64,000 nucleotides of DNA from the human T2T-CHM13v2.0 reference genome, Homo sapiens. Positions 12,584-26,746 of this stretch are shown here, in pieces. A program made the position numbers and the translations under genes. The first letter of the stretch is position 1; every line of letters begins with the position of its first letter. The stretch lies in assembly GCF_009914755.1 (NCBI RefSeq), contig NC_060930.1. The stretch is one strand, 5' to 3'. The notes under the pieces were generated by a model. That model had not been told where the DNA came from, made no database searches, and saw only the letters and a list, made by a program, of their open reading frames with translations.

Positions 12584-15500
12584 TTAAAGATAAAAAAAAT
12601 TTTAAGGGGAAAGTAGATTTTATTGATATAGAATAACAACCACAATAAATATAAAGATATATGTGTAAGGTTTCAAAACAGCATATACTACATAATACCA
12701 TTTTTGTAAATAACATGTTTGTGTATGATTACACATAGAAGGCTAAAAGATATGTCAAAATATTAACAAAATTTCTGTAGTCAAATCATATTTTAAATGT
12801 ATTAGAGGAACTGCTAAATCTTCTTGAAAAATCTTAAAGAAGTCAAGTATATGAATCTATACTTTAAAATCTTCAGTTTACTTAAAGCAGGTATATTCTC
12901 CACCTTTATTTCGGGCAAATATCCTGAGTTGAAATATTTTTTCTTAACCATACTTTTGCCCTAGAGAAATCAATGGTAAAAAGGAAGTTTACAGAGAAAA
13001 ATATACTTTTGTGCAGACAGCTTACCGGTGTGATGCAGCCATGAATCACACTGAAAATAAGTCCCTTGAAATCAAAGAAAACAATATGTTTATACAAAGA
13101 ATGTGCCCCAAAGTTCCCCAACAAAGAAAAGTGTTTAATCGAAATATTCGTTGACAGCTGGTTAGTGCTGATTCTCAAGTAGAAAAGAAAATCAGTGTCA
13201 TTGTAGTCTATTGTTTTGTGTGTAAGAGCTGAATATGCAAATGAGACCAAAATGGAGACTCATTATCTGTTTTACACTTCAAGTGTGATTTTAAGCACTG
13301 TAGGTATACATACACACACACATCCAGAATACACATATATCTCAACAAACCATGCACATCATCTGTTCAGAACTGGGAAACGCGTGCATGCTTCTACAAC
13401 ATTAAATGGAAGGCAGATGGTAGTCACTGATCAACAGACATAAAATAAAGTCCTTCTAAATCCTACTCTCTCTAACAGTCCTTCTAATTTTTTTCCTTAG
13501 AAAAATATCAAGCAGTTTTTCATTACTGTTGATTTGCAACTCCAAAATTACAATGGGCAATGCAAAACAGGATTTAAAAGAAGGAAAAACGTCTTTTGGC
13601 ACAGATTTCTCTTTCATAGTCTTAGGCAGGCGATAACACTAACTTTGAAACCATAGCATACTGTAGTTTTATCAGTAACTAACGTGTAAATTAGTTCTTT
13701 CTATAACTGAAGGTTTAGCTTTCAAAATAATTACTGATCATTTTAGTCTGCATCACATTTCTTTTGCAAAATGAGATGAACTAAAACAGCTGTTACATTC
13801 TAATAGCTTTATAATGTGCACAGAATTTCTATGACTATTAGAAATTAAACCTATAGCTTCTTATCATGAAGGACATATTCATGTGTATATATGACCCATA
13901 TTATTTGGAAGAAGAATTATTAACTAATGAAATTATAATTTGAAACATAAGTAAGGCCGCTAAAGAAAATATTACAGCTCTTAAATGAGGTCAATGCCAA
14001 CAGTCCACTCCAATCCACAATCCACTCCCCCCACCTTTCTTCGCATCAATAAAGTGCTTTGGGCTGAAGGAAGTCCAAGTGTTCGTGCTACCACCGTTCC
14101 TTGCAGGGATTGAGCCCTCTATTTTCATACTGGGAGATGAATTTTTAGAAGATGAACCAGGCCTGGCACTCTGCCCAGATTTTCTGGCAGCCGACAAGCA
14201 ATCTGGTTTTACTTCTGGTCTACTCTCCCTTGAGCTAACCTTGTATCCACAGACAGCACCCTGATCTAGGGAACTTCTACCATTTATAATGATGACTGAG
14301 AAAGCTCTGATGATTTTACTAACCATGGGACTTGTACTCACAGTCTTCTTTAAACATATTTCCTGTGGAAAAAAAATATAAAATTTTGTTTCCTATTATT
14401 TCCTTCTAACACTGGCAAAAAAAAATAGCAGTGTTAAAAGGGTATTTTCCAGAAAAACAGATTATTATCCAGGCACCTGCATTCAGGGATTTTAGAGAGC
14501 TAAAGAGATTCAACAAGATACCTGATGAGCCACTACCACCAAAGGAATATAAAGCAAGGTCCAGGAACTGCAAAATGATTTCAAAAGTATACAAGATATA
14601 TAATTAATGGCTAATTGGGAGATTCAAGCTATAAATACTATGAAAGGTCAGAGCAATCATTGTTAAGTAGTATGGGGTGAAATCTGAATGTACAAGATTT
14701 AACTCTCCACTGACAGAATTATTAACTACTCAACAATATCATTTTTAGAGCACCATTGCCAAAGTAAGCAGGATAGAAAAATGACTATGTAATTCACACA
14801 CAAAAAATCTGTATCTAAGTTTGTTTGTTTATCTACAAGATCTAATTGTCCCTCCATCTTCTTGGTCATCCAAAAAGCAATCAATGAAGTTTTATTTCAT
14901 TGACCACATTTTCTTATTCACTTTAGAAGCTGGATTGAAGGTCCTAGAAACTCTTCCTCACCAGTTTCATTAATTTCTGGGTTCCATTCCCAGTTCCGCA
15001 GCTCACTTTTGTCTCTGTTCCTTGTGCTGGAGGCTCTTGGCTCATATTTAGAAGCCCTCAGGTCCTGGATGGCATTGCATTCTGTTCCTTCCTTGCTTCA
15101 GGATTTCCTAAGTTTCATAAACAAGTGTTGGGAGAGTTGCAGTACACCAAAACAGACTCCTAAAGGAGATTTCACAAAGGAAAACTGATAGACTAGCATT
15201 CATTTCCTCACATGCAGCATGTACCCAACAATGAAATATCTATGAAATGTATTATTTTTCTAAGCAAAAGTCACTAACTCAAGTCCTGCCTCCAAAGGAG
15301 GGGAGGGGTACTTTCTTTACTTCTTGGGAATTTTTACTGTTTTCTGTGACAACGTAATTTATACTTCTTCGCAGGGAGTCTTTTAATCTTAAAGAAAGAA
15401 GTTTTAAAAGCGACAGCTTTAACTAAAACCAAGTAACTCCTAGATACCTTACACAGTTATACAAGGTAACACAGAAAGAGAAGATTGTCATTTATGTATG

Positions 15501-18201
15501 TTCTCTGAGCTTAGGGACATAGGTAGGAATTACGGGTGGGTAGATGGTAAACAGACAATTTTGATTAGTGAGACAAAAAAAGGTATTCTTTGTAAGAACC
15601 AAGAATGATGCTATAGAAGCAGAAGAACCTAATGATGGAGAGCTTTGAGAGAAGGGTTTAGATTTGGCCAAGTCCAATGTAGAGTCTACCTTAGGTAAGT
15701 GTCCTGAATACACATTATTTTGCCTGGAAGGGCAAAAACTATATCATGAAATTCTTGACAGCGGCCACTGTGTCTTGTTCATCTTTTTATGTCTGGCACC
15801 TAAATGAGGTGCCTACAATATAGCACGTGTTCAATAAATGTTTCTTGCGTGAATGTCTGAATGAATAAATCCCATAAGTAATAAAGTAGTATTCAGAAGA
15901 AAAATATGAGAAAAAAGATGTTTGATGATCAACATAGAAGGTGCTACCTGAACTTAATCCTGGGCCTAACTGCTTGGGAAGCAACTGTTAGCAGAGGCAA
16001 ATATAGTTTTTGCCCTTTCAGAATGAAAAACAGGCAATGGCTATTTGTGGTAATAACAACAGGTGATTAATGTTAGTAACATCATCTCATGCAATAAGCT
16101 TATTAGGACACTAATTTATATTCTAAAATTATAAAATACAATGCAAAGGAAAAGGGCAATCCTGTTCTGTTTTCTCACACAAAAGAAGCTCAACATGTTA
16201 TTATCCTCTAAACAAAACAAAACAAAGAAGCTTGGATTCAATTGAATAACTTAAGGACAAACAGTCATTTCTCAAAGGTCTTACTGAATATAAAACATGG
16301 CGGGGTTTTGGGGGATTTTTTTGCTATTGTTGTTGTGTTTTCCCCCTAATAAAAGGGTTCTAGATGAAAATAATAAACAGAAAATTTCCCAACTAAAAAA
16401 AAAAAGCAACTCAAGGTGTGAAGAGATCTTGTAAATAAAAATTTCCTAATATATGGAATTTGTTTCTAAACACAGTTTAATGAAAACAAGCTAGGATTCA
16501 AGAATATTAGGTTCACTCTATAATAATACTCTAAAATGATCTTATGGAGAACTAAGGGGCAGGAAAATTCGAAGCTCTACAAACAAACTGACAAAACATA
16601 CCTAGATAAAGGATTGCTGCACTCCCTTTGGAGCATTTTAAAACAGAAAATATCCCCGGTTGTTCATCATCATTATTAGTATAATGTGTGTGTAGTCTGG
16701 GTGGCTGTGACCAGCACTAGTAGAATTTGGCCACAGCAGGTCCTCCCCTACAGGATTGCTGGAAACTGCTCCTTCCAAAGAGGTAGTAAGAGCTTCTTCA
16801 GGGCTCAATGCCTCCTTCTCCTACTCTAAGGTAGAGCTATTTCTTTACCTTGATTCTTGCATCAGCAACGTAATGTGGAGTCAGGCAGACCTGGTTACAA
16901 ATTTAGCTTTTCTAAGGCTCAATTTCCTCACCTATAAAATTAAGTAGCGGTTTTTCTCCTACAGGACTATTGTAAGAATTACACAAGGTAATGAGATGTG
17001 CCTGACCCACAGAAGATACTCAATAAATGTTAGACTGTTCCCTTCCTACCACTTCTGAGGTCCTGTAACCTCATTTCTCTTTATCCTCATTCCTCTTTTC
17101 TTCTGTTTTCTGATTCCTTTTACATATTTAGAGAATCTATCTCCTGTCTCCTTTGAGTTACTCCTCTCTTTCAAAATTCCAAAGGAAGGTTAAAAAATAT
17201 ATATATTTGCATGAAACTGAATAGCTGGACTACAGAAGCCCACATTTCTCCTATGCCTTGCAGATGACAACTCAAGAACTAGCTAGCAAGCACCAAAATA
17301 TATACCTCTGGACTTTGGACATAATTAACGCTCCACATCAGCAGAAAGACTTAAATAGTACAAATAGTTTCACATGTTATTTCACAAATCACAGACTTTC
17401 AGAACAATTTATATTTAAATATGATGGTGTAAAAAAGCAATTTTTAAATTCTCTTTAGCTTCGAGTAAAATTGTTATAATTTAGTGACACCATGTGGCTA
17501 CACTTTGCTTTGCATTCTTAGAAGAAAATGTTCCTCTATGAGGGTTGCTCTTGCTAGTTCAATTGTAATATCAAGGTTGTAGGTAGATGGACAACTCAAA
17601 CTAAGTATGAACTAAAAAGATAACTTTTTAAAAAATGAAACTAATCCTGTTTCTTTTACATCTGAATAAGGCATTTCTTGAATTGTGAAGCTCTTCAGTC
17701 ATAAGAAGAAAGTAAAGGCTCAGTATTATTCTAGCTAGGATTCTAAAGCAATCTAGTGAACACTGAATAATGTAAGAGTGTCTACCTTTAAAAGTAAATA
17801 GATACATCAATGCCCAGTTATGGGCAGAGGTGTAGGGAACAAAAGAGAAATGAAAGAAGACATATGTTATACAAGTGTTAATATAGCAGGGAAAGAATGC
17901 TTCCATAAATAGCAATGCTTATTTTCTCATTTATTTTATGTAGATCTATAGCACTATGTAAGTACTATAATCTAATGAGAATAGGTGAAAAAAAATTATG
18001 CTGTATCTATTGACACCAGGAATGAGGGGGGCCTAGAATGTATAGTAGCAATAAATGAGATTAAAATGCCATATACCAAAACACAGTAAAGTTAGAGTAT
18101 TCCTCTAATGAGGTCTCCCACAGTAGACCAGCTACTGCCAAATAACATTCAATGTACACCAAAGAAAATATTTAGATGTTGTGTAAATATCTAAAACAAT
18201 G

Positions 18202-18525
18202 GGCCAGGCATGGTGTCTCACACCTGTAATCCCAGCACTTTGTGAGGCTGAAGCAGTCAGATCGCTTGAGTCCAGGAGTTGAAGACCAGCCTGGGCAACA
18301 TGGCAAGGCCCCATCTCTACTAAAAATAGAAAAAACTAGCTGAGTGTGGTGACACATGCCTGTAGTCCCAGCTACTCAGGAGGGTGAGGTAGAAGAATCA
18401 TTTGAGCCCAGCAGGCAGAGGTTGCAGTGAGCCAAGATTGCACTACTGCACTCCAGCCTGGGTGACAGAGCAAGCCCATCTAAAAAACAAAGAAACAATC
18501 ACACACACACACACACACACACACA
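18202..18525 (+). mobile_element. Alu (J/S) with a (CA)n microsatellite in its tail
   Basis: Dimeric Alu; (AC)n at about 18501-18525; TSD aaaacaatg. Confidence 0.93.
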
Positions 18526-21114
18526 AAACCAAAAACAAATAAAACAATGACCAGAAAATATCACCCCCTTCATCTCAGCTTAAAACACCTACCCCCCATC
18601 TCTGGCCTTTTCTAACCATCCTATTTAAAATAATCCTTCTCCCCTGACTTCTGTTACTATCACAGTACCATCTTTGCAACACTTATAATTATGTGATGTG
18701 CTTATTATTTGTTTGTTTTAATCTGTTTCTCCCAAATTCCAAAAGCACAGAAACCTTGGCAATCTTCTTCAGTGTTGTGGCCTCAATATCAAGTACAACA
18801 ATAGCATAAAGTAGGCGCTTATTTGTTGAATGGGTGAGTGACGAATGAATACATAAAATCTATTTCCTTAGCTGGTGAAGCATGCCTAAATTTCCTGTTG
18901 TAAGTGAAAGTAGAACCATTCTAGTGAGATGTTTATCATCACTTACGGCCTCTAATGTGACTACAACAACCAGAAGACAGCCTAGCAGATGCTCTATGAT
19001 ACCCTTTCTTTTTTCTATGACACATATGGCACACACAATTTCTCATTCTAAGAAAAGAAGAAAAAGGAGGGAAGTGAACTACAATAATTAAAATACTTTC
19101 AGCAAGAATCAAAGAAATCAGTGGAACTGAGTAGGGTATATGCTAGAATCCAGCTCATCATAAATATGGCTGATCACATTAGGATAGCAAGAAATGATTA
19201 TCAAATAAATGACTTTAATCAACTGACTATCCCTACCTGAAAAGATCTATGCAAAATATCCTGACTGTATTAAATACTTAAGATATAAGGCTTAAAAAAA
19301 AAAAACAAGTAGTGGAAAAAATATATATATATACATAAAAGTTTAACATACTTTAATATTAGAGTGAGGAATAATCTTCTAATCATAATACCAAGCCAGA
19401 AATCATTTAAAAGACTGACAGATTTGAATACATTTTTTAAAAAGTAAAATTCTATATGGCAAAAAGTACCAATAAAACACTAAAAATGCGTTAACAAATT
19501 TCATATATGACAGGCAAAAGGATAATGTCATATATATATATGTATTGATACAAAGTTCTCACAAGACAAAAAGAAAACTATCTCAGAAGAAAAATATGCA
19601 GAAGACAAAAACAGGCTTTTCATAAATAAGAAATTAACAAATGGCCAGTATTAAAAGATACTTTAACTCACCAATAAAGAAATTCAAAGTAAAATAGGAT
19701 TTTTGTTTTAAACAAATTATGTATTACATTGGCAAAACGGTGACAGTGTCTGCATTGGTGAAGGTTCACAGAAAGGGGCATTTTTACATGCAATTGGTAG
19801 AAATTGAGTACAACATTTCCAGATGGCAAGTTTTATCAATATTTAAAATATATACATTATAACTTTATAATGAGAGATATTTCCATTTTGATAATTTTTT
19901 AAAAAAGGAAATAAAGAAAGAAACCGTTTTGTATTAACCAAGTTCATCTCTCCTATGCCAGACTCTAAATTGTCAATTTACACCCATCTCAACACCCTGT
20001 CTGGCCTTGTCTCCAGTAAACAACGCTCCTAATCCTCCTCTAAACTCTGACCAGCCCCTGAAGTAAATACCTCTCCCACCTACGCTCTTGTTCCCTCTCT
20101 CAACGGGCATAACCTTGAGAACGTTGCTTTTAGCCCTGCTTTCTTCTCTCTCAACTCCCAGGTTTTAGACCAAGATCCCACTTGCAATTCCAGCCACCAG
20201 TCACATGCACACTTTGAATTCTACTTCTATCCATTTACGCTCATGTTCTAAAGTTTTCTCATTTTTCAGCAATATTATATGGCTGCCAAATTAACAGCAC
20301 CATGTTGAGGAATAGCTCAAAATTTTAAGAGCACCCCCCAGAGTACTCAATATCCACCATTCATTACTAGTGTTTTCTGTTTAGTACTAGGCTCGATCAT
20401 CTAAGAAAGCTGTGGAAAGGACTGGGAGAGAGTTTACCAGATAACCAAGAAGACAATTTGAAGGTTACAGATTATGGGTAAAGCGGAAATTGCCTTTCCT
20501 GAGAAAGAAAAGGCTGATAAGACATAACATGGTTCTCAAGGCATATGAAAAACTAAACATAAATTGATGAGTCACTTTTCTCCATCTCCAGTTAAAGGCT
20601 GAAGAGGATAACTGGTCTAAGCTTTTGGCTACATAGAGCAATCCCCACTTAACTCACGAACATTCCTAAAATGAGTCCAGAAAGGCAAAGCGAACCATTG
20701 CTCTGAGTTCATTATCATGGTTGGAATGTTCACACTGGCTTTGAAGCCTGATATTATCTGCCATTAGATAACATCGACTATCTTGGTGAGGTGAATGCTG
20801 ACTGAATTACATTTGACAAGATAGATGAGTGGCAAATCTTATGTTATATATATTTTACCAACCAAAATATATGAAAACTCCTAGACATATACAAAGATAG
20901 GCCGGTTGTTAAGATAAAACTGTTTAAGGCATGTTTTGGACTGTATGTATGGGTTGGCGATACAAAAAAGTACCAAAAAGACTAGGGTCTTTAGAGGTTA
21001 GAGTGAGAGCCACCTCACAGTGAGAGCTACCGTGACCAACGAGGATGGCAGGGATGACTCTCTCTGAAGGTCAACCACCATTCAGGAGTTTCTGAAATTA
21101 GGAAAAATAATAAA

Positions 21115-21345
21115 AATGACTGCCATTTATTGAGTCCCTCCTTTCTGCCAGAACTGTGCTCTGTACATGTAAATGTGCTGTATCATCTAACTCTCACATC
21201 AAACCCCATGAAGAGGTGTTGGTATTCCTATTCTTTATGGATGCAGATACTAGGGCTCAGAGAGGCACAATCGTATTACAACACAAATATGAGGTGAAAC
21301 AAAGATTTGAGAAGAGCTCTACCTAACTCCACAGCCCATTGTTTT
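21115..21345. mobile_element. MIR
   Basis: ccatttattgag...tgccagaactgtgct...ctcacatcaaaccccatgaag...agggctcagagagg. Confidence 0.7.
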
Positions 21346-21443
21346 AAACAAGAATTTGAGAAGAGTTCGACCTAACTCCACAGCCCACTGTTTTAAACAA
21401 GAATTTGAGAAGAGCTCTACCTAACTCCACAGCCCATTGTTTT
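21297..21443. repeat. 49-bp tandem repeat, about 3 copies
   Basis: atttgagaagagctctacctaactccacagcccattgttttaaacaaga starts at 21305, 21354 and 21403. Confidence 0.95.
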
Positions 21444-24128
21444 TCTACTACACAGTTCTGATTTATATGCAGTTTAGCCTAAACTCAGAGAGAGGACGGG
21501 GTAATCTCAGATTTCTCATACATAAGGTATCATTTTTGTAAATGTATTAGATGTAATCTTTCATCAATACATGACACATTCTTCAGGAATAACCTCCAAA
21601 TTCAGTTTCCTGAAGAAAAAACAAAGTAACCTTTGCAAACAGTTCAGAACCATTTACCATTACAGAGAATTTTCCAGCACTCATACATGTATTAATGAAT
21701 ACATTGATAAAAAGTCTCAAGGAATATATGTACATATTAATGTTCCCATCAATCTCTCTTCATTACATAGTCATTGCCTTGACACCATGAAACCTGTGCT
21801 AACATTTATAGAGTACCTACTGCATACAAGGTCACAGTCTGAGCACTGTGCAAGAATAATAAAAGATTAGAATCCATACTGCCTGCCTCCAAGAGCTTAT
21901 AATTTTAGTATCAGAGGCAAGATAAACACGCAAAGGACACTAAAGAACAAAGCTGACATACAAACGTGCAAATTAACTAACATAATGCAAACTGAACACT
22001 TACGTGCTAAGGAAATAAACAATTTATTTGCCCAGTGAAGTTCTTGGAAGAAGTGCAGTTAGAACATTGTTTAGGTAGACAATGAATAATTGTGAAGATA
22101 AGAAACACCAAGACATCCTCAGTTAATCTACAGAGACATATTCTTAGGTTCATTTTTAAATACTATCAAAATTATAACCTAGTAAAAAAGACAGTTTACT
22201 AAGGAAAGTAGTAATATAATAAAGTGGCTATAATTTTTAAAAAATTCTTATTAACATGGATATCAAGATTCTTTCCTTTTCTTGTTATCATTATCACTAA
22301 CATCACTGTTGCTCATTTTTTTTCAACCAGAATTGGGAGCTGGCTATACCAAGACAAAAACTGCCTTCATGAATACAGCCAGTCTCTAAACACGTAACAG
22401 CTCTACCAACAAAGTCAAGGCCAGACAGGAAAGACAAAATAAGGAGAGTATAATAATGCTCACTAATATATAAAGGTAAAGTATATTTTCTAAAAGCCAG
22501 AGATCATGATCAAAGGCACGTTTCCATACATACAACAGGAGCTTTCAGGTGGGTAAAGCACACAGGCTGTCATGGCTGGTATTATTATATTCATAATGGT
22601 TTGTTCTGGGAGTCATGTTCCTGTTGTTTCAAATTAAATGCAAACACACAGTCCTTCAGTCCATATCAGACGCTTTGTTATGCTGCCTGTGTTTTAATCA
22701 GATACAACAGTAATAACCTGAGTCAATGCAGACTCAATCTCCTCCTCTATGTGGGGGTCCCTCTGTCACTCTGGAAGTATCCCTAGGCAGCTCTGAGATA
22801 TGGAATCTTCACTCAATTTCTTGTCCCTCTTATTTTAATCCATTCAAAACTCCTCTGATAAAAGAGCAACCGCTAGACCTGAGACACTTTAGTCTGTCTT
22901 TGGGGAAATGAAATTGATTTTCTTCATTTTCACACAAGAGGATCCCTGGGTAACAATATTGTGTCCGGTCATACCAATAAAAAAAATGTAGGCAACGTTC
23001 TTTACTGTACCAGAGGCTGAACGGTTTTGTGAAGTTCCTTAGTGGAGGTAAAAATTCAGCCTTTTGCTGTTAGACCATAAGTTTCACAAGTATAAGAGTA
23101 ACTTCTGACCAAGAGACTAAGTGCTGTGGTGCCTTCCCATCTGCTCCCAATCAGCCACAGTGGGAGATCAGATGGGTCATGGGTGAGGGGCCAGCTCCAC
23201 ATTCTCCATGGTGTACACTCACCATATCCCTTCCCTTTTCTTCCTGAGCGAACAAACTAATCACTTTCTACCTTTAATCTTTTGACTTTAAGGTAAAGAA
23301 TATCTAAAGGCAATTTCCAGTGAGAAAACACAGCAGAAAAAAGCAACAAAATTTTGGGGGCCTTTAACCACCTAAACAAATTCACTAATTTGTATAGGCT
23401 TTACAAAATTTCAGAAATTTTAAATGATGGATTATACCTAAAGGGAGAATATGAAATATTAAAACAGTAGCTTTTTGATACTTTTAAAAGACAACCATAT
23501 CGAGGGCTGCGATACATAACAAAAATAAAAGCAGAGGTGCTCTGGCTGAAGAGAAGCTCTGAGCCTAGAGCCCCACTAGCTAAGCCTCATTTGCCCCAAA
23601 TGCAACCCCACTTGAAACACCTGTTCTGTCAAACCCCATTTGTTAACCACTAACCTAAAGGAAAAAACAGATAACCAGAACATGTACAATGGCATTCAAA
23701 GATGTCCTCTGGCCCTGGCCATTCCCAGGGAAGACTCCAGAAATATTTCTCATGGCTTTCATAAGAAGAATGCACCCCCTAACAATAATTCTGCTTTCAA
23801 TGTATCACAATGAATATTACCATTCACTGTATAGCACGGAGTTTAAAAAGCATTCCACTTCTCAAATGTTCCCTGTCCCTTCTCATTCATTCACATGTGT
23901 ACTACATACATATTATACAAGACATGTTGTATAAATAGTTCCACAACACACTGTAAATATTAAGATGCATGATTTTCCATACTTTCCTAAGTTTTTTACT
24001 TGGGATATGTTTAGTAGTTGACATCCTGAATAACTCTTTTTTCAAGATGAAAAATGCAGTTCTGCTTCTCCAAGTCCAAATCTCCTTATATAAGAATAAA
24101 AATCATTTATTAACCACTGAAAACTAAC

Positions 24129-24248
24129 CTGCAGACACGGGCTGGAAAATATAATTTCTGCCAAGAACGACACAGATATTGTGAATGATCTATCACTCTG
24201 ACCCAATCAAGTTCATCCATTGACACTTCAATGAAGTATGAGTAAGAC
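24129..24248 (-). CDS. BTBD9: BTBD9 coding exon (discoidin-like repeat continued); followed by an intron running off the left edge
   Basis: SYSYFIEVSMDELDWVRVIDHSQYLCRSWQKLYFPARVCR. Acceptor CACAG, donor AG|GTTAGT; 120 nt, phase 2 to 2. Confidence 0.96.
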
Positions 24249-26746
24249 CTGTGAATCAAAAGGAAAAAGCAGAAAAAAATTACCACATTAAAAAACAATA
24301 CAAAGCTGTACTTTAATAAAGTGTTAAAAGGTACAAAAAATACAGAATTCACTAATTACATTTTCTACATAATCAAATTCTAATAACAAAAGAATGTTAT
24401 GATAGCATTCACCTACAATGCACTGAAATTATCTCTCAGGTTGTCTGTCTGCTTTCTCAAATCATAAGCTGCTTAAGAACAAAGGCCATCCTGTACTTAT
24501 ATTCATATCCCCAGGGTCCTACACAGTGCTTGGCACATCAGGCATGCAAGATATTTACTCCTTTTCAAACATGGTCAGGATGTCTCACCTATACCATATT
24601 AGAAGATAAATGATGCCACGAGAGAGAGAAAGAACAGAAAATGGAGAAGCAGGAAGTATGCTTTCTCCCTCTACCTTCCCTGGCCAGGGTGTTCAGCCAC
24701 CCCTCTAAGGAAGAAAGTCAACTTGGAATGGCTCCCTCACAGAGGGCAGCTTATCTCCTGCTGCCTCCCAGTCTCCTACCCTCCCACATACAAGCTACCT
24801 GCAAAAAAATCAATGACACCAGTCAAGAGATAATGCGTGTTTCGTACAACTTAAAACTTGCCAGCTGATAATCTGGCAGTAACGAAAACAGCCTATAATC
24901 CTCCCCTAGTCAGCTACTCCGAACCATTACATGCAGGTCCCATCCTGAACAAATCTATATTCCCCTGTCATAAGCCAAATTTAAATTTGAGATGCAGTTA
25001 TTACTTGTACTGTAATATCAACAGGAACAATCTTGGAAGATTTAGGTGACCATAAATGTCATCCTGCAACCCACAGTTGTGACCAGAAAAGGTCAGCTTA
25101 TTTTGTGTCATCCCCTCACTTTCTTTGCTGTCCCCTCACTCTCATTCATTTTATCACTCAGTCTCAAACTGGTTATAACCTTTTATTGAACTTCTCTGGG
25201 TTATCAGTAACAGAGGATATAATTTTACAACATGTCAGAATCTTTTTGGCTTAAGATTCTGAATTTTTCACCTTTGCTTAGAATGGTAACAATTTCTGTA
25301 AGAAAAGAACTGTTATGTGGTAAAGTTAAATCCCCCGTGAATGTAATGCACATACTGACACAAAGTGGCCTATAAATATTAACATCACAGAAACGATGAC
25401 AACCACTTTGCTTCAAACATACTAAACTTTTCTTTTATTATTTTTATAATAACTTCACTATTAGTTAAATGAGTGAAATACGTAAAGCTTTTAGAACAGT
25501 GTCTACCACATAAAAGTAATGAAAGTACTGCATATACATATTATTATTATACTGTTATAATTAATCAGAGACTCTTGGAAATGAGATATGTGGATTGGCT
25601 CCACTTTGCCAATTAAAAACATCAAATTATATCCATAAGCTACATATCAGAAAATATATTCTTAATAAAAAGGAAACAGGAAAAGATAACCTGGGGATCT
25701 CACACATCATGTACATGGGAAATGCTGACTCACACTTCATAAAGCTTCCCCTCATACTTGGCTCAAATGGCCTAAAAGGCCAGTATAGTGGCAGTTGTGC
25801 TAACAGAAGAAACACACTACCTTGTAAGGTTTGCAGGGCATCATCATCATTACTATTTAAGCCCTTCATGCCCAGATCTGAAGAGGCATAAGTGGGGCAC
25901 AGTTTCTGGGTATGCAGGGTTTAGGTTTATGATAAACAGCAATGAAGGAAACAGTTCAGTTCTTGTCACTCATACTGCTCTGGTACTTCTGCCATTATGG
26001 TTGAACCTAGAAGCCACAGTGGGTGAAAGCATCACAGTGGCTGGAAGAAAGGCAGAATTCTGAAGCCCCCAAGAAACTAAATGGGTTCCCAAACTGGAGT
26101 TCATTAAACTTTTTCACAAATTTCTTTTGTTTTGAGGATAATACTTATCTACACACTAAAAGACATTATTTCTCTTCACCATATGGTAAAATGCATTTAA
26201 AAGGTTATAATATTCAAAACCAATGAATCAAGTAAATAATGTTAACTCATGGTAGAATACAAAACGACTATTAAAAATACATTTTAGAGGAATATTTTTT
26301 AAAGGGTAGAGTGTTCACAATGTATTAATTTAAAAGTAAAATTAGCTTTTTGTATATCTAATCTTCATTTTATAAAACTATGTTTGTGCAGGTTTCTGTT
26401 TTGTGTGTGTATGTGTCCATGCATAATTGAAAAAAATGCTAGATACATATGAAGATTAATAATGGGTAATGAGATTACTAGCAATTTTTATTTTCTTCTA
26501 TGTGCTCTTCTATATTTTCTATGGTTTCTACAATAAACACATATTTTTATAAGAAGAAACAAACAAAAAAGTGTATTTCTTTTAAAGAAATATATCCTTT
26601 AACTCCTTCCCCAAAACCAACCTTCAAGAGATAGCAGAATGATCACAAAGAAATAAACCATCATATCTGTAAAACAAAAGTAGATGACCACAAAGCTAAG
26701 TCATCTCAAACATAATGTCAGTTTCTAAGTCATGCTAATCACTTAC

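Noticed and set aside
14079-14264. 61-aa plus-strand ORF
   Set aside because: Antisense shadow of the minus-strand ORF, GTG start, no splice or promoter support.
21297-21443. Regularly spaced direct repeats as a possible CRISPR-like array
   Set aside because: Units are contiguous with no unique spacers and the context is a primate intron; it is a minisatellite.
21998-22022. 3-nt microexon pattern TTTATTTCCTTAG|CAC|GTAAGT (22006-22004)
   Set aside because: Lies in L2-like sequence, has poor exonic donor bases and no other support; likely chance.
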